Origin: the human T2T-CHM13v2.0 reference genome, Homo sapiens
Direction: 5' to 3' (one strand)
NCBI RefSeq assembly: GCF_009914755.1
Contig: NC_060939.1
Length of the DNA: 64,000 nt
Part shown: one piece after another, positions 38,370 through 53,275 of the stretch
Numbering within the stretch: position 1 is the stretch's first letter
Layout: each line of letters opens with the position of its first letter
Made by a program: the position numbers and the translations under genes
Notes under the pieces: model-generated
The model's input: only the letters and a program-made list of their open reading frames with translations
Told to the model about the DNA's origin: nothing
The model's database searches: none

Positions 38370-39987
38370 ATGTGAATCTTAGGGAAGAGTCCTCTTTGTA
38401 TGTTCTGACAACTATTCTCTGACACCAACGGGGCATCCTGCAATTGGATTCAGTGTCAATTCTGACACTGACTACCTGCAGTTAGTGCCTGTGATATTGT
38501 GAAACAGGTATTAATTAGGTCTTCATTCCTGACATACAACTCCTAAAATCCTTGGAATCTCCTAAGTTTTAAGTGTCTTTTTGCACGCTAAGCACCTAGG
38601 TAGCTTCAAGATGGGAGCTGGCCGCCAGAAAGATCAAGACAGGGTTAGAGGATTGGGACTTTCAGCCCCACCCTTCAACCTCCAGGGAGGGAAAAGGGGC
38701 TGAAGTTTAAGTTGATCACCAGTGGCCAATGGTTTAGTCAATCAGGCTTATGTAATGAAGCGTCCATAAAAACCCAAAAGGGCAGGGTTCAGAGGATTTC
38801 TTGATAGCTGAACACGTGGGGATTCCTGGAGGGTGGAGCACCCATGGAGGTTAAAGAAGCTCCACCCCTCCTCCATAGCTCACCCTATGCATCTTTTCAT
38901 GTATATCTTGTGGACTATCCTTATAATAAGCTAACACATGTAAGTAAGTTGTCCCTGAGTTCTGTGAGCTGCTTTAGTGAACCCCAATTAGCTGGTCAGA
39001 CAGAGCAGCGGCGAAACAACCCAGGGCTTGCACTTGGCATCAGAAGTGAGGAGAGGGGACTGAGTTCTCAACCTGTGTGATCTGACACTGTCGGCAGGTA
39101 GAGTCAGAGTTGAACTGGAGGATGCCCCACTAGTGTCTGCTGCGGAAATGATAGCTTGCTTGGTGGCGGGGAGAGACCCCTGCCCCCCCATGTGGTGTCA
39201 GGAACGTGTTGAGAGAGCATAGTAGGAAAAACCGAGTTTGGTTTTTTTACAGTGTCAGACTCCACAAGTTAAATGTCAAAGTCCCCAAGACTACCCTTAC
39301 TTCAGAACTCAGGCGCACGCAGGGTCCACAGGCTACTGGCACTTCTGTCTGACTTGACTACACATTTGAGTTCTCACCACCCAAACTTAGGGTTCAGTAG
39401 TTGGCTAGAATGGCTCACAGAACTCACTGAGCATGCTATACCTACAATTAGTTTTATTATCATATAGACTCAGAACAGCCAAAGGGAAGAGCTATGTAGG
39501 GCAAGGTGTTGGGTGGGGGCAGTGTGTGTGCAGAGCTTCCATGCCCTCTCCTTGTGGAATGTGGTATGTCCCTCTCCCAGCACATTGGTGTGTTCACCAA
39601 CCAGGAAGCTCCTCGCAGTTTCAGTGTCGAGTTTTATATGGGGCTTTACTCCACAGGCACCATTGATGAAATCATTAACCACATGACGAACTCAATCTCT
39701 AGTCCTTCCCTCTCGCCCCAGAGGTTGGCGGTGCAGTAGGGATGGGAGTAGGGATGAAATTTCCACACTCTGATCACATGCTTGGTCTTTCTGGCATGGC
39801 CAGTCTCTCCCTTAAAATTAAGGGCCCACCTTGAGTTGCCTTCTTATCATAACCTGAGGTATGATGGAAATGCTCATTACAAATGACAAAAGGCGTTCCT
39901 GTCACTCAGGAGATCCCAAAGGTTTTTAAAGCTCTGAGCCAGGAAAGGGGGACAAAGACCGAATGGGCTTTTTAAAAAGTCATAGCA
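38370..39987 (-). mobile_element. MER21-family LTR (MER21C-like), interrupted at 38490-39251
   Basis: CTGACACTGACTACCTGCAGTTAGTG|TCAGACTCCACAAGTTAA is continuous across the insertion. Confidence 0.65.
38490..39251 (+). mobile_element. MER21A/B-like solo LTR nested in the opposite orientation
   Basis: TGTGATATTGTGAAA...ACA termini; GTGCC/GTGTC 5-bp TSD. Confidence 0.75.
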
Positions 39988-42900
39988 GAGATTGTAATGG
40001 GCAGTTCCTAGGGAAAGGAAGTGGGAGCTGAGGATGGAAAGGCAGGGTGGGGCAGATGTATAAGGTCAGAAGTTGATGGGTACGGGGAGGAGAAATCAGC
40101 CCTGCCCTCCTAAGGAAGTGCAGGCAGAGGAGAAGCAGTAGACACCACTCCCTCACTTGAGTGTCTTGGGGGAATCTTTCACTCTTCCAGTAAGTTTAAT
40201 TTTCCCCTGGGTAGTTCGTCCAGGAGGAGGCAGCCTTCAGTTTCTGCTTTGGCACCAACGTCCCCACAACTCAGGTCCAGGTTCCCTCGTGCAGCCTCCT
40301 GACATTCCCCACAGTTCAAATACCACCTCCTTCTAGAAGGCTTCCCTGATTACCCAAGTGGGAAAAGACCCTGCCCTGAATTCTGAAAGCCCTTTGAAAC
40401 CGTCCCCTACTGCCCCGCGGGGACGTCAAGACAACTTACTGTGACTCATTCCTATCTCCCCAGTTTGATCCTGAGCACTTTGCCTTACCCCTTTCTGCTT
40501 CGTTCCAAACAGCCGGCACTGTGTGCTTCATAGAACATTTGTGAGCTCTGCAGACATTCTGTCATCATCGGCCCCTCCTCTGCCCCTGACCAACTTGCTA
40601 CCTTCCCTTGCAGAGCCCTGCCTCTGAATAGAGTGTGAATGTCTGCCCTGCCAGCCTGTGAGCTCCTCCAGGGAAAGAATGTGTGTCTACCTTCCAAGCC
40701 TGACAAGCAGTGGGTGCCCATGTGTGCGGAGTGAACTCAGTCACTTTTCTCCTAGACGGCGTCACCTTTCTCACATTTAGGGAAAATCAAGTGTAAGGGA
40801 ATGAGTTACTTATTCTCGTAGAAGAATGGGAAGAGTGAGAAGAAAGTTGGGGGTGAAGCAGGACTCACACAAAGGCAAGGCTGGCCTCTTCCCGCAGGGG
40901 CTGGGTCCCCCTGGGCCTCTTGCCAGGACACTGTTCTCGGTGGGTGCTCCACCAAGACGCAGGTAACTGGCAAGATGAGAGATCAGACCAACCTGGACCT
41001 GTGACAGGCAGGCACATGGGCAGCATGAACATCCCACTAGCCTCTGGGGACAGCATGGCAGAAAGGAGCCATTCTGGGAAACTGTGAAACTTTCCCCTTG
41101 AATGGCTTCCAGCCCCTTTAACAACCCCAGAGCAGCGTCCCAGCCTTGGTGAGCTGGGGTTTACTCACTCACACTCACGGTTACCACGCAGAGGCCCAGG
41201 CTGAGGGGGAAGGAACCGCCTGCTCAGCCCCCACTGAGGCCGGCCCGGTGCTCCTCTTGGCATCACTCTGAGGGTCCTCAGTGGGAAGACCCCAGGTGGG
41301 GTGAGTTGCACAGCCCAAGAATGAAGCTCCCTTCTGCCTCCCCTGGGCAGGTCCCATGACTTGGAGGAAATTGCTCCAGAGAGTGGCAACTAGACATGAA
41401 GTGGGACACGGTGCCCAGGGTTTCTCAGTGGCCTCTGAAGCCACCCAGAGTCAGTGAGAGTATCTTGGCCTCTCTCTGTGGGCTTCAGGGCCTCTCAGGC
41501 AGGTGTTTGTCTCTGGGATCCCTGGATCACGAGCCCTGTGACTCTTCCACGGCCAGCTTCCCACCCCACACCCCTGCTGAGCATGTTACCCCGCATCCTG
41601 GGGGAGCCACCATTTGGGAATAGATTGGATGGAGAAGGCCTGCTCCCAAGAAACAGTTAATCCTCTCCCCTTCCCCCAGGCCCCTTGCACCTGCAGGCTG
41701 TGGTGTGTGGTTTCCCACAGCTGCAGCTGGCTCTGCAGAGCCCCTCCCTTCGAGGGAACCTGAGAGGCTCAGGGCCTGAGGCGCCAGGAGAGGCTCCTCG
41801 CCCTCTGTCCAGCTGCTGGGGATGGCATGAGAGGGCCTTGCTGCCCTCTGACCTGGACATACCACAAGAGTTCTCTGGTTGAGTGACCCATATGTGATTC
41901 CTGGCTTGCAAGCCAAAGGCAGAGATTCCAGTTTGGGAGGTCAGAGAGGTTTCTGAGAAGGGAAATCAGCCATGAGGCCCCCCAGTCCTGGGCTTGCTCC
42001 AGCTCTGCTGCCTTCTGGAAGAAGCTGACTGGCCTGGGTGTGGGCTGGGCATTCCCCTGGGGTAGGATGCAGGGCTCCAGAAAGAGAGGGTGAGTGGAGG
42101 GTAAGAGGTGACTGGGAAGGACCGGGAGGAACAGGAGGAAGTGAGATGTGGCAGGGCCAGGCCTCTGCTGGTCAAGACAGCCTTGAAGCCACGGTGCTAC
42201 AACTCTGGCAGGGTCAGCCCTCTGGCTATCCCAGAAGAGGGCAGGTTGCCACAGAGCCTGGGCAAATACCCAGCTGCCCTCTGAACCAGGTGTTCCAGGG
42301 ACACCTCCGAATACTGCTTACACTGAGACAATGAGACAAAAAGTGCCAGCAGCTTCCTGGCTGGGACACACCTTCAGGAGTATTAGCCTGGAGCAGAGGC
42401 TGAACCCATCCTAACAGCTTGCCCATGTCCCCAGCCCCGGGCTACCGGGCAAGTGCTCACATCCCCTGGGGACAGGTGGATGGCACACAGGGTCATGGCG
42501 GAGGGCTGCTCACTGGGTCCAGAGCCAGGGTCTGGGAAGAGGGAGGGAGATGCAGGAATCTGACAGGCTTGAGCCTCACAGGGCCCAGGGCTCTGGCTTC
42601 TCTCAGATCCAGCTCTGGGCAATGTTTCAGTTCAACACTCTCCCTGGGAGGCTGTGTAGCCTGGGGCTCAGGGCTTTGGTGGCGTCCTGTCTGCAGAAAA
42701 GCCCCACTCCCCACTAAGAGACAACTCCCCATACCAGAGCAGGAAGAGAGAGGGCGATTGAGCAAAGGAGGCCTGAGGGGAAACAGAGACACCCATCTAC
42801 AGGAGCCCCTGAGTCAGGTGTGGGAGGAGGGAGAGGCAGGGCCCAGCAGAAGCCACCGTTTGCGCCACACTCCTCTACCTCAGGCGGAGACCAGCTGCAG

Positions 42901-44299
42901 GGTGGCAGCCAGGGTTTGGAGGAGGTGAGGGAGCGTGCCGGCCCGGCACCCAACAGGCTTCAGTCTTGGCTCCCACACAGCTTGATGCTCCTTTCGGGGT
43001 ATAACTGATGCCAACCACCCAGGGCCACTGCCAGGAGTCCACTGTGTACTCAGACTGTGCTTGGCCCATTCGCAGCAGTGCCACAGGGCCACAGGCGCAG
43101 AGCTCTGGCTGGGAGTCACTGCCAATTTACAGTTTGCCCTCAGGTGTGTGGAGGCAAAGCCCTATGAAAGATTAGCTTTGCGCTCCGGAGGAGAGGGCGC
43201 ATGGCAGGTGATCTGCCCACCATGGCTTATTTGTGGCTTCATCACTGTGATGACACTATGTTTGGCATTTACTCATTATTGTTATCCAGACCCCACGTTA
43301 TCAAGAAAAGTACAGGAAATCTGCCGTTGGGAGAGCGGCAGCACCCATGTGGAGTGCCACTTTCTGATCTGGGACTTAAACAACATTGCTGTTTTCCTCC
43401 TTGCTCCAAGTCATCCATTTTGACAATTTTATATCAGCATGGACCCTTCACCAAGACTGAAATAACTCTGTTATTGAGGTGGGAATCTTTCTATTAATGC
43501 ATTTATTTAGTATTTCATTCCACAGACATTTAGTGAGTGCCTGCTGTGTGTCATCCATTGTGACAGTGTTGGGAACACGGAGATGAATAAAACAAGGCCC
43601 CTGTCCTGGGAGAGCCGAGAGGCCACCTGTCAGCTGACATCTTAGGGAGGACACCATCTACATCCAACCCTGACTACTGAACACTTCCAGTTTCTTGGAA
43701 GAAAGATTTTAAAATCTTCAGAAATGAGAACTCCTCCAAATAGGATTTTCATTTGTTTCATATATTTTAAAATTTTATATTTTAATATGTAACAGTCATA
43801 TGGTTTAAATATAAAAATGACATCAGTGGCTCAGTAAGAAGTTTTCCTCCTAATTTTTCCCTAACAGTTCCCAATTTCTGATATAAAAAATGTTATATCC
43901 TTGCAGGATTTACTTAGGTAAATACATGTTCTTAGTTTTCCTCTTCATTATTCCAAAGGTTGTTTACTGCAAGCATGGTTTTTCTTGCTCATACATCCTG
44001 GAGATTGTCCCATATCCACACAGAGAAGGTTCCCCATTTTTTTCTTACAGCCGCAAAGTGTTCCTTGTTCTAAACCAGGTTTCTATTGATAGTACTGGGT
44101 GGCTGGTCCTCAATCTTTTGCTCTCAGACTGTGCCATGTATGTCCTTTCAGAGGGGGGCAGGTACATCTGTAGGATGGGTTCAAGGGTTTGTAATTGAGA
44201 GAGAGATTGCAAATTGTCCTCCACAGAGGTTGCACTGCTTTCATCCCCACCAGCAATGTATGAAAAGGCCTGTTTCCTGTTTTCCCTATCAGGCTGATA

Positions 44300-44598
44300 T
44301 TTATTTATTTATTTGTTTATTTACTTATTTATTAGAGCCAAGGTCTCACTCTGTCACCCACGCTGGAGTGCAATGGCGTGATCATAGCTCTCTGCAGCCT
44401 CAAACTCCTGGGCTCAAGTGATCCTCCTGCCTCAGCCTCCTGATTAGCTGAGACTACAGATATGTGCTACCACACCCGACTAATTTTTCACTTTTTGTGA
44501 AGACAGTGTCTCGCTATGTTGCCCCGGGGTGTGGGGGGAGTTCTCTAACTCCCGGCCTCAAGCAATCCTCCTGCCTCTACCTCCCAAAGTATTGGGAT
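44300..44598 (-). mobile_element. AluJ-like element within old L1 sequence
   Basis: Reverse Alu with (TTTA)n tail. Confidence 0.85.
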
Positions 44599-44896
44599 AA
44601 GCTAATATTTTTAAAGAGAAAGGAAGGAGGCAATATGAGGCCTCTAAAGAAGAGAGGTAGGAAGAAGGTGAAGCCCAGATGCCTGGAGCACACAGAGCTG
44701 CAGCCACTGCCTGCAGCTTTGCTTATGAGGGGGATTGAGTTTCTTCAGGCCATGATGTTTGATTTGCGTTTGGAGCAGTAAGCCTTACAGCTGATAAATG
44801 GTTTTTTTCTCCTGGGGGAGCACGAGACTCTAGGAAGATAATCTATTAGGAGAACCTGAGGGAAGAGAGTTTAGTTGGTGCATGTGGGTGTGAGGT

Positions 44897-45262
44897 TGTT
44901 TCTCGGTCCCTTCAGGCTGCTATTGCAGAATACCATAGACTGTGTGGCTTAGAAACAACAGAACTTTATTTCTTACAGTTCTGGAGGGTGGGAAATCCAA
45001 GATTGAGGTGCCATCAGATTCGGTGTCTGGTGAGAGCCTGTTTCCTGGCTCATAGACAGCACCTCTCACTGTCCTCACCTGGTGGAAGGGTGTCGCTGGG
45101 GACTGAGTGTCTTCATTTTTATCAGTGCTTCTTTTGTAAGGGCACTAATGCCCTTGTGCGGGCTCCACCCCCATGACCTAATCACCTCCCAAACAGCATC
45201 ACCTCAGGGATGAAGATTTCAACATGTGAATTGTGGGGGACACAAGCATTCAGAACATAGCA
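44897..45262. mobile_element. MLT1A-like MaLR LTR
   Basis: GGCTGCTATTGCAGAATACCATAGACTG...GGGGACACAAGCATTCAGAACATAGCA. Confidence 0.8.
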
Positions 45263-45629
45263 GGTGGCATATGAAAGTGCAGACCACCATATCCAGCAAA
45301 TACATATGCATTTCCAATAGTCAGGGGAAGAGACAGAGGGAGAGGTGGAGGAGGGTGGAGAAGAGGACAATCTTCTCTGAGGAGGTAACGTTTGGGCAGA
45401 ATCCAATTCATAGATCTGGGAAGAAAAGTTCCAGCAAAGGGACAAGCAAGGGTCAAGATCCTCAGGGGAAGGAGAGGAGAGGGGCCTGCTCAAGACAGTG
45501 AGTGACCTTGGAGGAATTGGGACAGGGAAGGCAGTCAGCAAAGCTGGGAGTCGGGGGGGTGCTGGACCATGGGGAGCCTGGAAGGCCATGGCAGGGAGTT
45601 TGGGGTTTATCTTAAGAATAATGAGAAAA

Positions 45630-45933
45630 AGAAACTGGTCAGAAAAACCACATATTGCATTTTTCCATTTCTACAAAATATCCAAAATAGACAAACCCAG
45701 AGAGACAGAAAGCAGATTCGTGGTTGGCTGGGGCTGGGGAGATTGGGAGGAAATGGGGAGTGACTAATAATGGGTGCTGGGTTTCTTCTGAAGGATGATT
45801 ACAATGTTCTAAAATTGATTGTGGTGATGGTTGCACAACCCTGCAAATATACAAAAAAAAAAAAAAGCCCATTGAATTGTATACTTTCAGTGGGTGAATT
45901 ATATGATATGTGAATTACATCTCAATAAAGCTG
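45630..45933 (+). mobile_element. L1M 3' end
   Basis: GTGGTGATGGTTGCACAACCCTG...CTCAATAAAGCTG is a typical L1MB 3' end. Confidence 0.75.
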
Positions 45934-45934
45934 A

Positions 45935-46297
<363 letters not shown>

Positions 46298-46814
46298 TAA
46301 AAAGGATAATAGGAAGCTGTTAGAGGGTGATTTAATCAGCAGTAACATTCTCACTCAGGCTGTTGTGGGAGAACAAACTGTAGGGAGGGGAGAGTGGGGG
46401 CAGGAGATGGTTGGGAAGCTAGTGCAGTCGGCCAGGCAAGGAGCAATAGTGACTTGGCCTGGGTGGGTCACTTTGTGATGAGGATTAATGAAAAGGCCAG
46501 ACTGGGGTATTTTTTGAAGCTAGAGTTTGATAATTGGTTGTGAGGGGTGGGAGAGAGAGATGAATCCTGGCCATTTAACTGCAGTGAAAAGACTGGAGGA
46601 ATAGTTGGACAAGCGGAGGGACGGGGCATACGAGTTCTGTTTTGAACATGACAGGCCTCCGAGGTGTCCACTAGGCAGACGGGATGTCAGGGCAGGGTTA
46701 CCACCATGTAGATGGTCACTGCTAAGAGCTGGGCACTCCTCCAAACACATACATTAAATCATTTAGTCTTCTCAGTAACCTATGAGGCGAGAGCTGTAGC
46801 TATCCCTGTCCATA

Positions 46815-47285
46815 GGGGGCGTATCCTGTGTGCCATTTCAGATGCCCGCGGCCTCACCTCTTGTTCCAGCCATTGCCCCAGTGACCAGTTTTGCACAGGT
46901 CTTGACCAGTGCCATGTAAATGTCGCCTGGCAGGGCCTCTCCACATGCCTCTCGCCCAACACCATGATGGGGGGACATCCATGGAACCTGCTTGGCATTA
47001 ACACATGAGCCGCCCAGAAGTGAAGGGGAGCTAACATTCCATGGGATGACTCGAGAGGAGCCAATGGATAACTGTCCCCCTTCTTCCAGTGAGTTCTGAA
47101 GTACGTTTCATAAAGCTTCACAGAAAGACTGAGTGGTGTTCACTCAGAGAGATGTTAACACACTCCCATATTGACTCCCCCCTTTCTCTGTTTCATTCCT
47201 CCTCCCCCTCACCCCTGCTCCCTGGGATCATGTTCCCAAATAAACTACTCTTGCTTAAGCCTTTGTCTCAGGCCCCATGTAAGAT
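46815..47285 (+). mobile_element. Old ERVL LTR (LTR16-like)
   Basis: CTCCTGGGATCATGTTCCCAAATAAACTACT...CCTTTGTCTCAGG 3' motif. Confidence 0.55.
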
Positions 47286-47499
47286 CTGATCTTACATGGA
47301 GAATTTAACAGCAACAACATCACACCAGGGGCATGCTCACCAGGGGCAGAGCAGGGGTTCACACCCCGGCAAGCTTCTCTACTCGCTTCCATGTTGCCTC
47401 TCAAAGATCCCAACCTCTAGAGGACATTTAAAGGCACAGGCCTAGATGGAATCTAACCATCTAACCGGGAGAGACTGTAAATAAGAAAAAAGTCCCCAC

Positions 47500-48000
47500 A
47501 CCATGCTCACATTTAGAGATCAAGAAGAGGAGGAGCCAGCGAAGGAGCCAGAGAAAGAGCTGCCATCCGGGTAGGAGGAAGCCAGACCAGTGTGGAGTCC
47601 TGGACTCCAAAGAAAGACAGCGTTGCAAGGAGGAGCGAGTGCCCTACTGTGCAAACGCTGCTGAGAAATTGAGGAGGTGAGACCAGGAGACAGACCTTTT
47701 GGATGCGCCAGTAGGAGGTCACTGGTGACTTGGACAAGGGCAGTTTCAATGGAGTGACAGAAACAAAAACTTGGCTGGTGTAGGCTAAGAGGGAATGGAG
47801 GTGAAGATTCGGAGAAGTAGCCAGCAGGGACAACCACTTCAAGGAGGGGTGCGTAAAAGGGAGGAGGAAGTGGAGCAGAAGCTGAAGAGGGTGTAGGGTC
47901 AAGGAAGAGTTTGTTTTGAAAGTGAGAGAGATCATAGCGCAGTTATGTGCCGAAGGGAATGGTCTGGCAGAGAGAAGGAGCTGGATAGTGCAGGAGGGAG
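47500..48000. mobile_element. L2 fragment
   Basis: GGAGGTCACTGGTGACTTGGACAAGGGCAGTTTCAATGGAGTGA L2 block. Confidence 0.65.
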
Positions 48001-48082
48001 AAAGGTGATTTCAGGCAGTCTTGAGTAAGTGAAGGGATATGGTGCACAAAACGAAGGGATTGGCCAGGGATGCAAGAGGAGG

Positions 48083-48254
48083 CCATCCCTCCATCTGTCC
48101 ATCCATCTATCCATCTGTCCATCTGTCTGTCCATCCATCCGTCTGTCCGTCCGTCCGTCTGTCCACCCATCCATCCATCCATCCATCTGTCCGTCTGTCC
48201 ATCTATCCTTCCGTCCATCCATCCATCCATCCATCTATCCATGCATGCATCCAT
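48083..48254. repeat. Imperfect (CCAT/CCGT/CTGT)n tetranucleotide repeat
   Basis: Directly visible. Confidence 0.93.
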
Positions 48255-50689
48255 TGTGAGGAAGAAAGGTAGCAGCGGGCATAGATGCAGGCACCTTGGG
48301 AGATCTGATGGTGAGAGGCACGTACGTTCCAGCAGATGACATTTAGTTTCTCAGCAAAATAAGAAGCAAGATCTTTAACTAACAGCGAGAAACTAAGGGA
48401 AGGTGTTGAGGGTTGGAGAAGATGTGAAACACTTATCTGGAGAGTGGCGCAGTGAATTTAGTAGAGAAATATAGTAAGATTACTGGGCAAGCTGAGCGCC
48501 CACTTGAAGTTTGTGGTCAGAAGCGTCAAGTGCGGCTATTCAGTATGACTGTGAGTTTCCCCGGCAATGCTCAGCTACTCAGTGCAGGTGCAGGGTGTTG
48601 GGTTTAAGCAGGGTGGAGGCTGTGTCAGGAGATTCCAAATGAAGGGAAAAGAGCAAGAAAGGAGAGGGCTTCCACAAATGGGTGATTCTTGTCAAGGCCT
48701 ACAGAATTGAGCTGGAGAAGGGGGTTGAAGGCAGTGAAAAAGGACAAGTTCAAAGGCAGGGAGTTCCCAAAGGGGACACATCATTGAATGGAGGTAATAG
48801 AGTAGATAAGCTGAGAGCCGAGGAAGGGGTGGTCAGGGAGCAGGGGGTTCAGAAGTGCTGAGGCAAAACCCTGGCCATGGGAGTGGGAGGCCCAGGCAGC
48901 AGAACGAGAGGTGGAGAGTGAGGAGGCCAAAGACCAAGAGTGGGAGGTGCTGGGTGGACATCTACATGGATGACCTTCCTTGTCCACCATCTCTTAAACA
49001 GCTCCCCATCCTGCCACTACCCCTTCATCTGCCTTTTCCTTTCATAGCCCCTCTGTCTAACATTATTTTACGTAGGACTGGTTCATTGGTTAATTATCCT
49101 TGCTGCCATCAGAATGTAAGCATCTGAGGGCAGGGACATTTTCTCTCTGGTCTACACTTATAAACTCTTTTCTAAGAACATACCTGGCACAGATTAGGTG
49201 CTCAGAAACATGTGCTGGACAAAAGAATGAATTAATGTTAAGGTCTAGGAAAAGCATGGAGGAGTGGTGGTGGAGAGGAAGACCGTGGGCCAGGTACTAA
49301 AATCTGTGAATGAGCAGGAGTGGCCTAGAGTATGGTAAATACTAGAAGGGATGGTGGATGGTCTGGTCTGATGGCATAGCTGCAAAGGAGATGCAGACTT
49401 AGGCTGAGGAGGAAGGGGGAGAAACCTACAGGTGGCCATGAAAGCAGGGAGGACAACTCGCTGCCTCCAGGCATACTGATGTGGAAGAAGAAAACAGAGC
49501 CAAGACAGGAGGTGGCTGCAAGGAAGCTGTGTGTGGGGGTCAGGCAGGTTTGCAGTAGAACAGGATGGTGAAAGGAATGTTCAAAGGGAAAGTCGAGTGG
49601 ATGGGGAGATTTTGCTGATGACAAACCATAAGTTCCCGAGAGCAGAGTGAAAGGATCTGGGGGATTGTGTCAGATTAGGGGAATAGAGCTACATGGGGGT
49701 GAAAGTCTTGGGGGTGAAGGATGAACAACAGTGTCAGGCTTCTGGAGGTGTCTAGGGACACAAGGCCACAGGGCATGATGGGCTCTCCTGAAGGTCTCTC
49801 TTGGGCAAGTGGGTACCCCTGCTCACGCCAGCTCCTCCTCCAGCCAGGGCCCACGGGCCATGGACCACAGTGAGGCAGTGATATTGGCGTTGGAGGGGCC
49901 TTGCCAGACACTGAGTGTTCGGGGTGGGAGGAGAGGGCAGCTTTGGGTATTGGAAGGAAAGTCGAGCAGGCACTCCGGAGACTAGATTCTCATCCAAATC
50001 TTTCCTACAAACCATGACGTAACATTGGGCAAAATGGTCATGATTTTCCTTATCTATAAAATAGAGAGGAGAGGAGGTCTCTCTTAGCTGTGCAAATCCT
50101 GGCCTCTGTCTCCTTCTTTCCCTGACTTCTTCTAGCTCCTGTCTCCTCAGCCCTCCCGACTTGTAGCTAAGCCCTGGCTTTGTATTAACCACCCTCCTGC
50201 TGTCAGCATCGCTGAGAGGCATAGCCAAGGCCTGCCCTCTTCCTCCTCCCTGGCTCCAAAATGCTCCATGCACTGTCCCATGCCACTCTGATCCTGAGCA
50301 GCCAAGTGGGCAGAATGACACTCCTTTGGGCGTGGAAGTGAACATCAGCCATGAGTAGGGAGAGGAAACTGCCCACAGAGAGGGCAGACTCCATCAGGGG
50401 CAAGTGACAAAGCCACAGACTGGCATGAAGAGGCTTCCCAGGCCCTCTGGAAGGCAGTGAAGCCAGCAGCCTGGCTCCTGGGATGGGCTGTCCCCTATTC
50501 AGCAGCTCCATGGGCCTGGAAGTGGGCCCAGGGAGCCAGCCAGAAGGAGGCTGTGGCCAGAGGCTTGATTTGCAGCCCAGGACTAGGACGCAGGGTTCTC
50601 ATCCAGGCTTCACCCACAGCAAATGTGCGACTCTCCCTGGCCCTCTGGGTGGGGATTATAATAACTACCTTGCTTACCCCAGTTGCTGG

Positions 50690-51045
50690 AGGCCAATATT
50701 CACTGAACATTCATCATGAGTCAGGCATTCAGTAATCCTCACAATGGCCCTAGAAATTGGCCTGTACTATTTTCAACCCTTAGGGAGGAGGTGACAGACA
50801 CATAGAACATCTAAGTAACTTGCCTGACACTCCACAGCTTGTAAGTGGCAGGGCCAGGCTCTTAGCCCTAAACCATACATTAGAGATTTATTATCATTTA
50901 GGTCCCTCAACAATCTTGTGATGCAGGTATTACCATCCATTTTACAAACATGGCAATGGCTCAGAAGTCTTCAGTTATTTGCCCAGGGTCACTTGGCTGA
51001 CTGTAGCAGAATCAGGATTTGAACCCAGGCCCAACTTCAAAGCCA
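50690..51045 (-). mobile_element. Two MIR fragments
   Basis: TGCCCAGGGTCAC...CAGGATTTGAACCCAGG. Confidence 0.65.
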
Positions 51046-52214
51046 GTCCTCTTCTCATTGGGTTGCGCCCCCAGCATTAGCACAGGGACAGTTCCTCAGG
51101 CTGACTGCCCAAGGCCCCATCTGTGCAAACAGGAGAGGAAATGGCAGCCTAACTCCAGGCAGGGCCCGGGCTCAGAAGGGGGTCTACAGGGCTGAAGAGG
51201 CAGCTGGCCAGAGATTCCACAGGAAGCATCTTGTTGACACATCTTCATCACTTTGGAATTTGAGCAACAACATTTACCCCTTCTGAAACTCACCCAGAGG
51301 AAGCGGATTTTCTGACGCATATGAAGAGTGAGAACTGTCTACATCTAAGTCTTCTTTGAGAACAATACCAGCTGAGCGGCTATTTACATTCCAGCTTCTT
51401 TTGAGAATCTCTGAAGATGATTAAGTCATTGTCAGCTGGTAAGGGTTGGTCTCACCACTTCTCATGTTGGATCATTGAGGCAAGAAACCTTCAAAGAATC
51501 CTTTTTGGGTATCTTTTAGTGAGGAAAAAAGTGGGGACAAAGATACGTAAGGCAGTACTTGCCAGAAGTCGCGGGGTGGGAAGAGGAAGTGTGCAGAGTT
51601 CTAGAGCCTGTCTTCACCTGGGGGATGTGCACTGACGATGCATATACTTGGCTGTGAAGGCCCAAATTTAGGACAGGGAGTTAGAACCACCCACATTGAA
51701 AGTCTAAGGGCCTGTTTCATCTTGCAGCCTCACCACGCTCCCACCAATAGCACAAATACTGTAGTACAAATGCTATGCTCAGTAAATGTTAATCAGCCTC
51801 ATAAACAGTTCAGGGAAGGCTTTGAGGAGGAAAAGGGTGGAATTTCACCTGGGCCTTGAAGGGAATTTGGGAGGCACAGAGATGGGAAAAGGAAGAAGGC
51901 TGAGAGAACAGCATGAGCAGGGCACGTGGTGCACTATGGGAGTGTGTCGTGGGAGATGAGATCAGACAACTCCAGAGTCTGGAGTCCTTTACTCCAGGGA
52001 CTTGGTGAGCATGTGGTGATCTGCATCTCCTGTTCTCTACACCTTGACTTCTCCTAGGCCCAGAACCATATCCTGCTCCACAAGCCTCGTCCTTGGCAAG
52101 AAGTTGCACCTGCCCAGAGAGAAAACCTTTTGAAACTGGCACAAAGGCACTGGAGAGACTGGCAGGGCCCCCTACTTGACGATCTGGCTCATCCATCTGC
52201 ACACTGACCACGCT

Positions 52215-52398
52215 AAGAGCTGTCTGCAGTGATGGAAACCTTCTCTAGCTGTGCTGTCCTCTATAGTGGCACCAGCTGCCTGTGGCTACTGAGCACTTCA
52301 ACTGTGGCTGCAGAGACTATGTTAAATTGTATTTAATCATAATTAATTTAATTGTAAACAACTACATGTGGCTAGTGGTTTCTGTACTGGGCACTGCA
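52215..52398. mobile_element. MER3-like hAT element
   Basis: CTGCAGTGATGGAAA..TGTGGCTACTGAGCACTT..ACATGTGGCTAGTGG. Confidence 0.65.
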
Positions 52399-52902
52399 GG
52401 TGCACATTTCCTGCTGGCCATGGACAGTAAGCTCCATAAGAGACTAATTGTGCCTGGTTTGCTTATAGGCTTATCCTCAGCACCTGCACCAGCCTAGAAT
52501 ATGATTGGCACTCTATTAATTAAAAGTTCCCAGGTAAATGAATTAGTGGATTCTCTGTTTCCTCCACTATGCCACAACCTCCTTAAGGGCAGAGATGGTG
52601 TCTTCAAAAAAAAAAAATTCTGGTCAAAAACACATAAGATCTACCACCTTCACCATTGTTGTGTCCAGTTCAGTAGTATTAACTACACTTACATTGTGAT
52701 ACAACAAAAGATTGTGTCTTTTTACATTCTTAGGACCCAGCACAGTGTCTGGCACATAATCTTAGTAAACACTGGCAGAGCACATGCCTTTGCCAAGGCC
52801 AGAACAGAGGTTCAGTGCCATCCATTACCACCCTTTCACACATCCACTGGGGCTTTAAAAACAACCTGGAATGAAAGCTGTTGAGTCTAGAGAAATGGGC
52901 TA

Positions 52903-53275
<373 letters not shown>

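Noticed and set aside
40800-43100. Dense overlapping 60-170 aa ORFs in GC-rich unique DNA
   Set aside because: Expected by chance at this GC content; no spliceable conserved protein recognised. It may be regulatory, but sequence alone cannot show that
47932-48339. DGWM/HPSI repetitive ORFs
   Set aside because: Tetranucleotide microsatellite translation
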